Of a DNA stretch of 64,000 nucleotides, positions 46,521-57,421 are shown piece after piece. The notes under the pieces were generated by a model, which ran no database searches, was not told the origin of the DNA, and saw only the letters and a program-made list of their open reading frames with translations. The DNA is from a virus. How positions within the stretch are numbered: position 1 is the first letter of the stretch; each line of letters begins with the position of its first letter. The stretch lies in UHGV virus genome UHGV-1682877; one strand, 5' to 3'. The position numbers were made by a program, and so were the translations under genes.

Positions 46521-48257
46521 ATGAACTATAAATTAATTAATCCTATTGATTCAAATAAATCAATAGTGGAACAAATTTTAAATAACAGGGGGATTCAAGA
46601 TATACAAACTTATTTGAATCCAAATGATTCTGTTATTTATAATCCAAATTTAATAAATAATATGCAGCAAGGAGTAGAAATGCTTTTTCGTCACTTAGGA
46701 AAAGATTTAATTTATTTAATTGTAGATGATGATGATGATGGATTTACTTCTGCTGCTATTTTTTTAAATTATTTATATAAAATTGTTCCATCAATAGTAG
46801 AAGCAAATATTATTTATGATTTTCACCCGCATAAAGCTCATGGAATTTGGTTAGACCAAATTCCGCAAGAAACTAAATTGGTTATAGCTTTAGATTCTAG
46901 CAGTAATGAGTATGATATACATGAGCAATTATTCAATGAAGGAATTGATGTTTTAGTAATCGACCACCATAAAGCAGATAAAGTTAGTCCTTTTGCTTGT
47001 GTAATAAATAATCAACTTTGCGATTATCCAACTAAATCATTATCCGGCGCAGGTATGGTATATAAATTTTGTAAGTATATTGATAATTTACTTAACTTAG
47101 ATTACGCAGATAATTTTCTTGATTTAGTGTCTCTTGGTTTGACAGGAGACGTTATGAGTTTAAGAGATTTAGAAACATCTTATTTAACTAGAAAAGGATT
47201 AGAAAATATTCAAAATCCTTTTATGCGAGAGATGGTAGAAAAAAATAGTTATCAATTAGGTACTGATATTACATCCATAGGAGTTGCTTTTTATATTGTA
47301 CCTTATATTAATGCAGTTGCTAGATTGGGGACAAAAGAAGAAAAGAAAATATTATTTGAAGCAATGCTTAATTGGAAAGCTTTAAATCAAATTCCTTCTA
47401 CTAAACGAGGATGCAAAGGACAAATGGAAGCAATTGTTACTCAAGCAGTTAGAATGAGTAATAATATTAAAAATCATCAAAATAAAATTAGAGATGAAAA
47501 CATTGAGATTATTAGTAATCAAATTGAAGAAAAAGATTTATTAAAAAATAAAATTTTAATAATTCAATCAACTCCAGAAGAGCCAATTAATAGATCTATT
47601 TCTGGATTAATTGCAAATCGACTGGTTTCAGAATACCAGCGTCCTGTTATTATTTTAAATGAATATAATATAGACAATAAAATAACTTGGGAAGGTTCAG
47701 CAAGAGGGTATGAAAAATCTCAATTAAAAGATTTACAAACCTTTGAACAAAAATCTAATTTAATTAATTGGGCGCAAGGACATGCTAATGCTCATGGTTT
47801 ATCTATTTCAGATGAAAATTTATCGAAATTTATAGATTATTGCAATCAAGAATTAAAAAATGTGGAATTTACTCCTGATTATAGAGTAGATTTTATATGG
47901 CAATATTCTGATATTTTGGCTAAAAATATTTTAGACATTGGTAATTTAAAACATCTTTGGGGAAAAGATGTAGAAGAAGCTTTAATAGTTATAAAAGGAA
48001 TTCGAGTAACTGCTAACAATCTTCATCTTATGGCAAAAGATAGAAATCCTACATTAAAAATTGATTTAAAAGATAATATAAAAGCAATTAAGTTTAAATC
48101 AGGAGAAGAAGAATATAATAACTTATATACTGAACAAGGTTGCGTAGTTATTGATATTCTTTGTAAGTGTGAGATAAATGAATATTGCGGAAACATTAAT
48201 CCGCAATTAATTATTCAAGATTATGAAATTGTATCTCGCCAGGATTATTTCTTTTGA
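46521..48257 (+). CDS. recJ: DHH-family phosphoesterase (RecJ-like exonuclease)
   Basis: DDDDDG and VIDHH motifs. Confidence 0.65.
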   Translation: MNYKLINPIDSNKSIVEQILNNRGIQDIQTYLNPNDSVIYNPNLINNMQQGVEMLFRHLGKDLIYLIVDDDDDGFTSAAIFLNYLYKIVPSIVEANIIYDFHPHKAHGIWLDQIPQETKLVIALDSSSNEYDIHEQLFNEGIDVLVIDHHKADKVSPFACVINNQLCDYPTKSLSGAGMVYKFCKYIDNLLNLDYADNFLDLVSLGLTGDVMSLRDLETSYLTRKGLENIQNPFMREMVEKNSYQLGTDITSIGVAFYIVPYINAVARLGTKEEKKILFEAMLNWKALNQIPSTKRGCKGQMEAIVTQAVRMSNNIKNHQNKIRDENIEIISNQIEEKDLLKNKILIIQSTPEEPINRSISGLIANRLVSEYQRPVIILNEYNIDNKITWEGSARGYEKSQLKDLQTFEQKSNLINWAQGHANAHGLSISDENLSKFIDYCNQELKNVEFTPDYRVDFIWQYSDILAKNILDIGNLKHLWGKDVEEALIVIKGIRVTANNLHLMAKDRNPTLKIDLKDNIKAIKFKSGEEEYNNLYTEQGCVVIDILCKCEINEYCGNINPQLIIQDYEIVSRQDYFF

Positions 48258-48310
48258 TTTTTGAAAGTTTTAGCTGGAAGCTCATCGGCGCGGAGACGAT
48301 GAATTAAAAT
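48250..48310 (+). promoter_or_regulatory. conserved GC-box element (copy 3 of 3)
   Basis: tttgaaagttttagctggaagctcatcggcgcggagacgatgaattaaaatggagtttagtaattttt. Confidence 0.45.
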
Positions 48311-48351
48311 GGAGTTTAGTAATTTTTAGAATAAATAGGAGAAAAATTAAA

Positions 48352-48588
48352 ATGGATGATATTTATAAGTTGCAGGAAGTTTTTGAAGAAAAAGATATGA
48401 AAATTAAAGAATATGTTTTTGACAGTTTGTGTTTAAGATACAAATACGCAAGAATGATGTTAGCTATTTATGAAGTTAAAAATGGCCAGGAATTTGAAAC
48501 ACGAATGAATTTAGCGAGAAGAGATTGTTTACGTTTCTTTGATATTCTTAGAGAAAACCTTTTGGAGGATAAAAATGACTCTAACTGA
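48352..48588 (+). CDS. hypothetical protein
   Basis: ORF track. Confidence 0.4.
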   Translation: MDDIYKLQEVFEEKDMKIKEYVFDSLCLRYKYARMMLAIYEVKNGQEFETRMNLARRDCLRFFDILRENLLEDKNDSN

Positions 48589-49744
48589 TAAACAATACCA
48601 AGGATTGCAGATTGCAGTACAAAGATATAGATCTAAAGAACCATATACTGTAGTTTCGGGATACGCTGGAACTGGCAAAAGCACGTTAGTAGGTTTTATT
48701 ATTGATGCTCTAAATTTAGACAAAGAAAATGATGTAGCTTTTATTGCTTATACAGGTAAAGCTGCTAAAGTTTTAAAATCAAAAGGTAATAAAAACGCAA
48801 TGACTGCTCATAAATTACTTTATAAAGCTGTAAAAAATCCTAATGGAACATATAGATTTTATCCTAAAATGACTATTGATGATTATAAACTTATTGTGGT
48901 GGATGAAGTTTCCATGTTACCTAAAAAAATGTGGGAACTTCTTCTTTCCCATCATATTCCTGTTCTAGCAACTGGTGATCCCGGCCAGTTGCCTGCTTTA
49001 ACAGAAGGAACAGATATTCTAAATAATCCACATGTTTTTCTTGATGAAATTATGCGGCAGGCGCAAGAAAGTGAAATTATTAGGTTAAGCATGGATATTA
49101 GAAATGGCAAACTTATTAAACCTTTTAAAGGAAAAGAGGTAAATGTAGTTTGTGCTTCTGATTTAAATCAAGGTATGCTAGCTTGGGCAGATCAGATTAT
49201 TTGTGCTAAAAATGATACTAGATATTACTTAAATGATGTTTGCCGCAAATTATTCTGGGGTGTTGATTCAGGTGCTCTTCCTGTTGTTGGAGATAAAATT
49301 ATTTGTCTGCATAATGATTGGAAAAAATTAAATTCTTTGGAAGACCCACTTATTAATGGTGCAATTGGAACTATCAAAAATTATAAAGTTTTATATGATA
49401 AAAATTTAAAAGATAATATTCTTAAATTAGATTTTATGCCAGAAGAATACGATGATGAAAATCTTTTAGGATTATTTTCTATGAATAATGTAGATTATAA
49501 TCAATTAGTAAATCATACGCCAAGTGTTACTCAAGATAATTATTATCTTTTACCTAAAAATTACAAACTTCAAAGTTTTGATTATGGTTATGCAATTACT
49601 TGTTGGAAAGCGCAAGGCAACGAATATCAAAAGGTATTAGGTATTGAAGAAAACTTTCCTTTTAAACAAGAAGAACATAAAAGATATTTATATACTTTAG
49701 TGACTCGTGCATCTGAAAAACTTACTCTTGTTTTAAAAAATTAA
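48575..49744 (+). CDS. SF1 helicase (Dda/RecD-like)
   Basis: Walker A GYAGTGKST, Walker B VVDEVSM, ATGDPGQLP, CWKAQGNEY. Confidence 0.7.
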   Translation: MTLTDKQYQGLQIAVQRYRSKEPYTVVSGYAGTGKSTLVGFIIDALNLDKENDVAFIAYTGKAAKVLKSKGNKNAMTAHKLLYKAVKNPNGTYRFYPKMTIDDYKLIVVDEVSMLPKKMWELLLSHHIPVLATGDPGQLPALTEGTDILNNPHVFLDEIMRQAQESEIIRLSMDIRNGKLIKPFKGKEVNVVCASDLNQGMLAWADQIICAKNDTRYYLNDVCRKLFWGVDSGALPVVGDKIICLHNDWKKLNSLEDPLINGAIGTIKNYKVLYDKNLKDNILKLDFMPEEYDDENLLGLFSMNNVDYNQLVNHTPSVTQDNYYLLPKNYKLQSFDYGYAITCWKAQGNEYQKVLGIEENFPFKQEEHKRYLYTLVTRASEKLTLVLKN

Positions 49745-49762
49745 AAAAATATGTTATAATAT
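49738..49762 (+). promoter_or_regulatory. repeated promoter family copy
   Basis: atgttataatataataagaaaggtg. Confidence 0.4.
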
Positions 49763-49782
49763 AATAAGAAAGGTGTGATAAT

Positions 49783-52700
49783 TTGTTGAAATTTCCAGGT
49801 AGTGTACATAATCACTCGGAGTTCAGTAATATTCGTTTACGCGATTGTATCATAAAAGTAGAAAATTTAATTGATACAGCTGTTTCTTTGGGGCATAAAG
49901 TATTAGCTATTACTGACCATGATTGTTTATCAGGACATTTATCTGCCTTATCTTATTATGAAAAGATTAAAAAAGATAATCCTGATTTTAAACTAATTTT
50001 AGGTAATGAGATTTATCTTTGTCGAAATGGATTAAATCAAGATAATTTTATTTCAGGAGAAGATAGTTATTATCATTTTATCTTATTAGCAAAAGATAAA
50101 GAAGGTCATAAACAACTTAGAGAAATTTCTACTCGCGCATGGTTAAGAAGTTATAAAACAGGTAAAATGCGAAGAGTCCCCACTTATTATCAAGATTTAA
50201 TTGATATTATTGATAATAATAAGGGTCATCTTATTGCATCAAGTGCTTGTTTGGGCGGTTTTCTATCTTCAGAATGTTTAAAGTTAGCTGAAAATCCAGA
50301 TGAAGAAAGAAAAAATCATCTTGTTAAATGGTGTAAATCAATGGTAAAATTATTTGGAGAAGGTAATTTTTATATTGAATTGCAGCCACCTGAGAAAAAA
50401 GATAATGAACAATATTTAGCTAATCAACAGCTATTAAAAATTGCAAAAGAATTAAATATTCCTTGGATTGTAACCACAGATTCACATTATGCTCGGTTAG
50501 AAGATCGACCAATTCATAAGGCATATCTTAATTCTCAAGATGGCGAAAGAGAAGTTGATGCTTTTTATGCTACAACTTATATGATGACTACTGAAGAACT
50601 TGAATCTCATTTTGATTTTTCTCTTGATGAAGCATATAAAAATATTGATTATATTGCTTCGCAGTGTGAAGATTATGATTTGCGGAAATCTCTAAAAATT
50701 CCACAATTACCTTGGAAAATTTTTAATCCAAAAAGTAATTTATATAATTGGGTAAATGATATTCCTCTTTTGAAGGAATTTATTGAATCTGATTATATTG
50801 GTGATGTGGAATTGGCTAAAGCTATTGTTGAACGATTAGAAAAAGATGAAACTTTAAGAAATCAAAAAACTTATGAAGCAATTAATGATTGTTTGGATAA
50901 AACTTGGGAATCATCAATAGTAAATAAAACTCATTGGAGTGCTTATTATTTAAATCTTCAAAAAATTATTGATTGCTGTTGGGAGGCTGGCAGTTTAGTT
51001 GGCCCAGGTCGTGGCTCAGGTGTTGGTTTTATTTTGTTATATCTTTTAGATATAACGCAAATTAATCCTTTGCGAGAAACTGTTCAAACTTTTAGTTGGA
51101 GATTTCTTAATCCTAGTCGAGTTTCTGTTTTGGATGTAGATGTAGATATTGAAGGATCTAAAAGAGCACAAGTTCTTTCTCACCTAAGAGAAGTTTATGG
51201 TGAAGATAGAGTTGCAAATGTTATTACTTTTGGTAAAGAAACTTCTAAAAGTGCTATTTTAACAGCTTGTAGAGGTTTAGGTATTGATGTAGATGAAGCC
51301 CAGTACATTGCATCTCTTATTCCCGCAGATAGAGGATTAATTCGCACTTTATCTCAATGTTATTATGGTGATAAGGAAAATGGTTATCCTGTCATTAGAC
51401 CTTTTGTTGATAAAATGAAAGAATATCCTGAATTGTGGGATGTAGCTCATAAAATTGAAGGTTTGATTTGTCGTTCTGGTATTCATGCAGGCGGAGTTAT
51501 CTTTGTGGATGAGCCTTTTACTGAGTCTGCTTCTTTAATGCGTGCTCCTGATGGAACAATAGTAACAGGTTACGATCTACATCGAGCTGAAGATGTAAGT
51601 CTTATTAAATACGATTTGCTGTCTGTTGAAGCTATGGATAAAATGCATAATTGTCTTGATCTTTTGCTTGCAGCCAATAAAATTCAAGATAAAGGTTCTT
51701 TAAGAGAAACTTATGAAGAAATTTTAGGTGTATATAATATTGAACGCAATGATTCTGAAATGTGGAAAATGGTTAATAACCATGAAATTCAATCTTTATT
51801 TCAAATGGAAAAACAAAGCGGAATACAAGGTATTGCATTAACTCACCCTAAATCAGTTGAAGATTTAGCCCACTTAAATTCAATTATTCGATTAATGGCT
51901 CAGGAAAAAGGTGGAGAGCAACCTTTAAATAAATATGCTCGCTTTAAAGCAAATATTAATCTATGGTATCAAGAAATGGAAAACTATGGATTAACTGAGC
52001 AAGAGCAAGAATTACTTAAACCATATCTTTCTGGTAGTTATGGTATATGTGAGAGTCAGGAAGGATTTATGCAGTTAGTCCAAATTCCAGAGTGCGGTGG
52101 TTTTGATTTGACTTTCGCTGATAGTTTGCGGAAAGCTATTGCAAAGAAAAATCCTGCTGCATATGATGAACTTACCAAAAAGTATTTTACAGAAGTAAAA
52201 GAAAAAAGTTTAAGTCAAAATCTTTGTAATTATGTTTGGAATGTGTTAGTTGCAACCAGTCGAGGATATGGATTTAATCTATCTCATACGCTTGCCTATT
52301 CTATCATTGCTGTTCAAGAAATGAATTTAGCTTTTAAATTTCCTATTGTTTATTGGAATTGCGCTTGTCTTATTAATGATGCAGGTGGAGAAGATGGAAG
52401 CACTGATTATAACAAAATTGCCACTGCTTTAGGAAAAATGCAAAAAGCAAATATTAAAATTTCTCTTGTAGATATTAATAATTCACAATATAATTTTGTT
52501 CCTGATGAGAAACAGAATTTAATTTGGATGGGTTTAAAAAGTTTGCTTAATGTCGGAGATGATTTAATTAAAGATATTATTGCTAAACGTCCTTATGATT
52601 CTATGATAGATTTTTACAATCGAGTTAGACCTAATAAACAAGCAATGATTACTTTGATTAAAGGCGGTGCTTTTGATAATTTGTCTCCTAGATATGACAC

Positions 52701-53622
52701 AATGATTACTTATTTGTGGCTTACTTGTGATAAAAAATCAAGATTAACTTTACAGAATCTTCCAGGATTAATTAGACATAAAATTTTGCCAGAAGAAACA
52801 GAAGAACAAATAACTGCAAGAAAAATTTATGAGTTTAACAGATATTTAAAAAATGAATGTAAATATGACAATGAATATTATAAACTTGATGAAAGAGCTT
52901 TAAATTTTATTTATGAAATGGATTATGGGCATTGGATTGAAAATAATTATTTCTTAAATAAGAAAATTTGGGATAAAAATATTTATCAGACTTGGATGGA
53001 CGTTTTTAGAAATTGGATTAATCAAGATAAACAAAATATTTTAAATAAATTAAATACAAGCATTTTTATGAAAGATTGGGAAAAATATGCTTCTGGTAAT
53101 TTATCTTCTTGGGAAATGGAAGCTTTATGTTTTTATTATCATCCGCATGAATTAATTAATGTTAATAAAAATAAGTATGGTATTGTTGATTTTGAACAAT
53201 TGCCTATTGAGCCAGAAGTAGAAAAGTTTTTCAAAAAAGGTGCTGTTCAAATTCCTATTTATAAATTACATAAAATTTGTGGAACTTGTATTGCAAAAAA
53301 CAAACCGAAAGGAATTGTTTATCTTTTAACTACTACTGGGGTAGTACCAGTAAAATTGAGAAAAGAACATTTTGCTATTTTTGATAAACAAATTTCCGAA
53401 CGTCAATCAGATGGAACTAAGAAAGTGATTGAAAAGAGTTGGTTTAATAGAGGCAATATGATTTTAGTCCAGGGTATTCGTCGAGGAGATGAATTTGTTA
53501 GTAAAAAATATGCTTCTAGTATTTCTCATCAACTATATCATATTGATAATATTGATGAACATGGAGATTTGATTTTAAGACATACAAGACTTCAAGGAGA
53601 TATTGAAGATGAAGAAGATTAA
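49783..53622 (+). CDS. dnaE: DNA polymerase III alpha subunit-like replicative polymerase (DnaE/PolC type) with PHP domain
   Basis: N-terminal PHP motifs HNHSEFS...AITDHD; 1279 aa; TTG start. Confidence 0.7.
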   Translation: MLKFPGSVHNHSEFSNIRLRDCIIKVENLIDTAVSLGHKVLAITDHDCLSGHLSALSYYEKIKKDNPDFKLILGNEIYLCRNGLNQDNFISGEDSYYHFILLAKDKEGHKQLREISTRAWLRSYKTGKMRRVPTYYQDLIDIIDNNKGHLIASSACLGGFLSSECLKLAENPDEERKNHLVKWCKSMVKLFGEGNFYIELQPPEKKDNEQYLANQQLLKIAKELNIPWIVTTDSHYARLEDRPIHKAYLNSQDGEREVDAFYATTYMMTTEELESHFDFSLDEAYKNIDYIASQCEDYDLRKSLKIPQLPWKIFNPKSNLYNWVNDIPLLKEFIESDYIGDVELAKAIVERLEKDETLRNQKTYEAINDCLDKTWESSIVNKTHWSAYYLNLQKIIDCCWEAGSLVGPGRGSGVGFILLYLLDITQINPLRETVQTFSWRFLNPSRVSVLDVDVDIEGSKRAQVLSHLREVYGEDRVANVITFGKETSKSAILTACRGLGIDVDEAQYIASLIPADRGLIRTLSQCYYGDKENGYPVIRPFVDKMKEYPELWDVAHKIEGLICRSGIHAGGVIFVDEPFTESASLMRAPDGTIVTGYDLHRAEDVSLIKYDLLSVEAMDKMHNCLDLLLAANKIQDKGSLRETYEEILGVYNIERNDSEMWKMVNNHEIQSLFQMEKQSGIQGIALTHPKSVEDLAHLNSIIRLMAQEKGGEQPLNKYARFKANINLWYQEMENYGLTEQEQELLKPYLSGSYGICESQEGFMQLVQIPECGGFDLTFADSLRKAIAKKNPAAYDELTKKYFTEVKEKSLSQNLCNYVWNVLVATSRGYGFNLSHTLAYSIIAVQEMNLAFKFPIVYWNCACLINDAGGEDGSTDYNKIATALGKMQKANIKISLVDINNSQYNFVPDEKQNLIWMGLKSLLNVGDDLIKDIIAKRPYDSMIDFYNRVRPNKQAMITLIKGGAFDNLSPRYDTMITYLWLTCDKKSRLTLQNLPGLIRHKILPEETEEQITARKIYEFNRYLKNECKYDNEYYKLDERALNFIYEMDYGHWIENNYFLNKKIWDKNIYQTWMDVFRNWINQDKQNILNKLNTSIFMKDWEKYASGNLSSWEMEALCFYYHPHELINVNKNKYGIVDFEQLPIEPEVEKFFKKGAVQIPIYKLHKICGTCIAKNKPKGIVYLLTTTGVVPVKLRKEHFAIFDKQISERQSDGTKKVIEKSWFNRGNMILVQGIRRGDEFVSKKYASSISHQLYHIDNIDEHGDLILRHTRLQGDIEDEED

Positions 53623-54163
53623 AATTATTGCAATTGCAGGAAAAAGTGGTGCGGGGAAAGATTCTATTCTTTCCTCCGCCATTAAGCTTAATCCGCAATT
53701 AAACCCAATTATTTCTTGTACTACTAGACCTAAAAGAGATAATGAAACAGAAGGAAAAGATTATCATTATCTTACTAATGAAGAATTCGCGGTTAAACTT
53801 TTAAATGGAGATATGCTAGAAGCTACTTCATTTAATGGGTGGTGTTACGGAACCTCTTATTCTACTCTTGATACAAATAAAATTAATATTGGAGTTTTTA
53901 ATCCAGAAGGTTTAGAAATTTTAAAAGACAATCCAAATATTATTTTAAAGATTTTTTATATAGATGTATCAAATAAAGAAAGATTGATAAGACAACTTAA
54001 TAGAGAAAAAGAACCTAATATTGAAGAAATTATTCGCAGATATGAGACAGATGAAAAAGATTTTAGAAGTTTTGTTTCAGAATTTAATTGTGAAATTTTA
54101 AAAAATTTAACTAGAAAAGATTTTACAGCTAGTGTGCAACGTATTGCTGGGCAAATCTTTTAA
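53603..54163 (+). CDS. guanylate kinase-like nucleoside monophosphate kinase
   Basis: P-loop AGKSGAGKDS; TTRPKRDNETEGKDYHYLTNEEF. Confidence 0.6.
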   Translation: MKMKKIKIIAIAGKSGAGKDSILSSAIKLNPQLNPIISCTTRPKRDNETEGKDYHYLTNEEFAVKLLNGDMLEATSFNGWCYGTSYSTLDTNKINIGVFNPEGLEILKDNPNIILKIFYIDVSNKERLIRQLNREKEPNIEEIIRRYETDEKDFRSFVSEFNCEILKNLTRKDFTASVQRIAGQIF

Positions 54164-54179
54164 ATATAAATACTACAAT

Positions 54180-54200
54180 TTGTATATATAATATGTATCA
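54180..54200 (+). promoter_or_regulatory. promoter-like -10 upstream of nrdD
   Basis: tatataatatgtatc ... atatatagaggtg. Confidence 0.35.
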
Positions 54201-54224
54201 ATAAATATATATAGAGGTGTAATA

Positions 54225-56513
54225 ATGTTTGATTTAATTAAACGTGATGGTTCAATCGCGGTTTTTAATAAAAATAAAATTGTTAATGCAATTAATAAAG
54301 CTTTTATTGAAGTAGACGGACAGTTGTATGAAGATGATACTGCAAAAGATATAGCAAATGAAATTGAAAAAAAAATGCAGCATTATCCTGAAGGAAGTAT
54401 TGGTGTTGAAGATATTCAAGATTGGGTTGAAGATTTTTTAATGCAGTCTTATCGAAGAGATGTGGCTAGAGCTTATATTCGTTTTAGATATAAGAAAGAA
54501 GTAGCAAGAGAAAAGAAAAATGATTTTATTAATGCTATTAGAGAAAAACTTGATGCTTCTAATATTCAAAATCAAAACGCAAATGTTGATGAGTCTTCTT
54601 TTGGCGGGAGAACTGGTGAAGCAAGTGATATAGTCACAAAACAATTGGCTTTGGATTATATTGTTTCACCCATGGCCAGAAAAAATCATTTAAATAATGA
54701 AATTTATATTCATGATTTAGGTAGTTATTATGTAGGTAGTCATAATTGTTTATCTATTCCCTTTGATGATTTGCTTGCTAATGGTTTTAATACACGCCAG
54801 ACAGATGTAAGACCGGCTCAAAGTGTTAATACTGCTTTTCAGCTTGTCGCAGTTATTTTTCAGCTACAATCTTTACAACAATTTGGTGGTGTGAGCGCAA
54901 CTCATCTTGATTGGACAATGGTACCTTATGTAAGAAAGAGTTTTTATAAACATTATTGTGATGGATTAAAATATTTTTGCGATTGGTCTGATAGTAGTTG
55001 CGCAGGAATGAAAATAAATCTTTTAGAAGAAAATTGTTCTATAAATAATATTAAATTTTTAACACAGATAGGGATTGGAAACAAACCATATAAATATGCT
55101 ATGGATATGACAATAAAAGAAACATATCAAGCTGTTGAAGGAATGTATCATAATCTTAATACATTGCAATCACGCTCTGGAAATCAATTACCTTTTACAT
55201 CAATTAATTATGGTACTTGCACACTACCAGAAGGACGTTTGGTAACTAAAGCTCTTCTCGATGTTTCAATAAAAGGAATTGGAAAATTACATAAAACAAG
55301 TATTTTCCCTTGCGGAATTTTTCAAATGATGAAAAATGTAAATCGTAAACCTGGAGATCCAAATTATGATTTATATCAATTAGCGTTAAAATCAACCGCT
55401 CAAAGACTATATCCTAATTATGCAAATGTTGATTGGAGTGGAAACGAAGGTTATGATCCAGACGATCCGTGTACATATTTCTCGACAATGGGGTGTAGAA
55501 CGGCTAACGGATGGGATATTAATGGCCTAGGACAACGTAAAGATGGACGTGGAAATATTTGTCCTGTAACTATTATTATGCCTACTTTAGCTATGGAAGC
55601 TAAAGAAATTACTAATAATACAAAATTTAAATTTACACAGTTCTGCAATAAAGATGAATATGAACAAAGTAAAAAAAATGGAACTTCTTATCACGTTCAT
55701 ATATTTATGGAGCTTCTGGATAAAAAAATTAATGAAGCAAAAGATATGTTAATTGAACGCTTTGAATGGATTTGTTCTCAATCTCCTGATTCAGCTAAAT
55801 TCATGTATGAAAATAATGTTATGGCAGGATATATTCCAGAAGAAGGTATCCGTAGTGCTCTAAAACATGGAACTTTAGCTTTGGGTCAAATTGGTCTTGC
55901 TGAGACTCTACAAATTTTGATTGGTAAAGACCACACCACTCCAGAAGGAATGGAATTAGCAAAAAAAATTGAATCTTTATTTAAAAAGCGTTGTGCAGAA
56001 TTTAAAGAATATTATAAGTTAAATTTTGGTGTTTATTATACTCCCGCAGAAAATTTAGCTTATACAGCAATGGAAAAATTTAAAGAAAAATATGGTATTA
56101 TTCCTAACGTTTCAGATAAAGATTTCTTTACAAATAGTATACATGTTCCCGTTTGGAAGGAAATGTCTCCTTTTGAAAAAATTGATATAGAATCTCAATT
56201 AACAGGATATTCAAGCGCTGGTTGTATTACATATATTGAATTAGATTCAACAGTAAAAAATAATTTAGAAGCATTAGAAATTATAGTAAATTATGCTATG
56301 GATAAAGATATCCCTTATTTTGCAATTAATGTACCTAATGATACTTGTTTAGAGTGCGGATACTGTGATGAATTTAATGATAGTTGTCCTGAATGTGGTA
56401 GTAGTCATATTCAACAATTAAGAAGAGTAACCGGTTATTTAACAGGAGATTATAAAACTGCATTTAATCTAGGTAAACAGCAAGAAGTCTCTATGAGAGT
56501 AAAACATTTATAA
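54225..56513 (+). CDS. nrdD: anaerobic ribonucleoside-triphosphate reductase (class III, NrdD)
   Basis: N-terminal ATP-cone; C-terminal Cys cluster and glycyl-radical motif RRVTGYL. Confidence 0.85.
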   Translation: MFDLIKRDGSIAVFNKNKIVNAINKAFIEVDGQLYEDDTAKDIANEIEKKMQHYPEGSIGVEDIQDWVEDFLMQSYRRDVARAYIRFRYKKEVAREKKNDFINAIREKLDASNIQNQNANVDESSFGGRTGEASDIVTKQLALDYIVSPMARKNHLNNEIYIHDLGSYYVGSHNCLSIPFDDLLANGFNTRQTDVRPAQSVNTAFQLVAVIFQLQSLQQFGGVSATHLDWTMVPYVRKSFYKHYCDGLKYFCDWSDSSCAGMKINLLEENCSINNIKFLTQIGIGNKPYKYAMDMTIKETYQAVEGMYHNLNTLQSRSGNQLPFTSINYGTCTLPEGRLVTKALLDVSIKGIGKLHKTSIFPCGIFQMMKNVNRKPGDPNYDLYQLALKSTAQRLYPNYANVDWSGNEGYDPDDPCTYFSTMGCRTANGWDINGLGQRKDGRGNICPVTIIMPTLAMEAKEITNNTKFKFTQFCNKDEYEQSKKNGTSYHVHIFMELLDKKINEAKDMLIERFEWICSQSPDSAKFMYENNVMAGYIPEEGIRSALKHGTLALGQIGLAETLQILIGKDHTTPEGMELAKKIESLFKKRCAEFKEYYKLNFGVYYTPAENLAYTAMEKFKEKYGIIPNVSDKDFFTNSIHVPVWKEMSPFEKIDIESQLTGYSSAGCITYIELDSTVKNNLEALEIIVNYAMDKDIPYFAINVPNDTCLECGYCDEFNDSCPECGSSHIQQLRRVTGYLTGDYKTAFNLGKQQEVSMRVKHL

Positions 56514-56709
56514 ACTATATAAGGCAAACATTTATGTGGAAAATGTGTGGTATGTTTTTTTTGATTAAAAGATTTAAGCAAATTTTAGTTAATACGAGCA
56601 TAAAGCGCTTAACTGCTGAGGCAAAAGTTTGTACTGGAGAAGAATAAATTTCTGAAATGGCAAAATAAGACAAAAATATTTGGTAATCAGTAGCAAAAGG
56701 AGAAAATAT

Positions 56710-57111
56710 ATGTCTAAGTTTTATTATGGAGACAGAGTTCGCGTTTCAAATACATATGTTGTAGATAGGGCATGCGGTACTGTTGTTGGTAAAGTAAGAG
56801 CAAGGGGTGGCTACGCTCTTACTAAAGAAGGCAGTGATTCTAATAAAGAAAGTAGTGATGCTTTCAATTACTTAGTTAAATTAGATAATATTAGTTCTGC
56901 TTACTATACTATACATGGAAAAAATTGCAACTATATTTGGGGACATGCATCTGATAATGCTGATTGTATCATTGTGAAAGAAAATGAGATGGAACATTTA
57001 CAAGACTATTTTTCTAAAAATATTATACTTGAGTTCAATGAGCATACAATCACAGTAGAAAGGTTAGAAGAGTATGAACAATTTATTAAAAAAATATGCT
57101 TGTTATTTTAA
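56710..57111 (+). CDS. hypothetical protein
   Basis: ATG after RBS aaaggag. Confidence 0.4.
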   Translation: MSKFYYGDRVRVSNTYVVDRACGTVVGKVRARGGYALTKEGSDSNKESSDAFNYLVKLDNISSAYYTIHGKNCNYIWGHASDNADCIIVKENEMEHLQDYFSKNIILEFNEHTITVERLEEYEQFIKKICLLF

Positions 57112-57421
57112 TAAACAAGAAGGCCGAAGATATCCAGTTAGTAACCAAATTGTTACATGTGTATATATTACAGAAGATAAGCAAGAAGTAATTAATTATT
57201 TAAATAAAAATAATCTTTCTATTGCTAAAATGCGAAAAAATTTTATAGAATGGCAAGAAAATAATGAACATTGGATATGGCATCCAATGTCAGAAGGTTT
57301 TAGAGGTTATAGATTTTATAAAGTTAAAATATCTAAAAACTATAACAATTATGAAGTTTTAAAAACAATAATACTTCCTTGCTGTGCTAATTATTGTTGT
57401 TCTTGGGAGATAATGAAATGA
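57074..57421 (+). CDS. hypothetical Cys-containing protein
   Basis: ORF track. Confidence 0.4.
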   Translation: MNNLLKKYACYFNKQEGRRYPVSNQIVTCVYITEDKQEVINYLNKNNLSIAKMRKNFIEWQENNEHWIWHPMSEGFRGYRFYKVKISKNYNNYEVLKTIILPCCANYCCSWEIMK

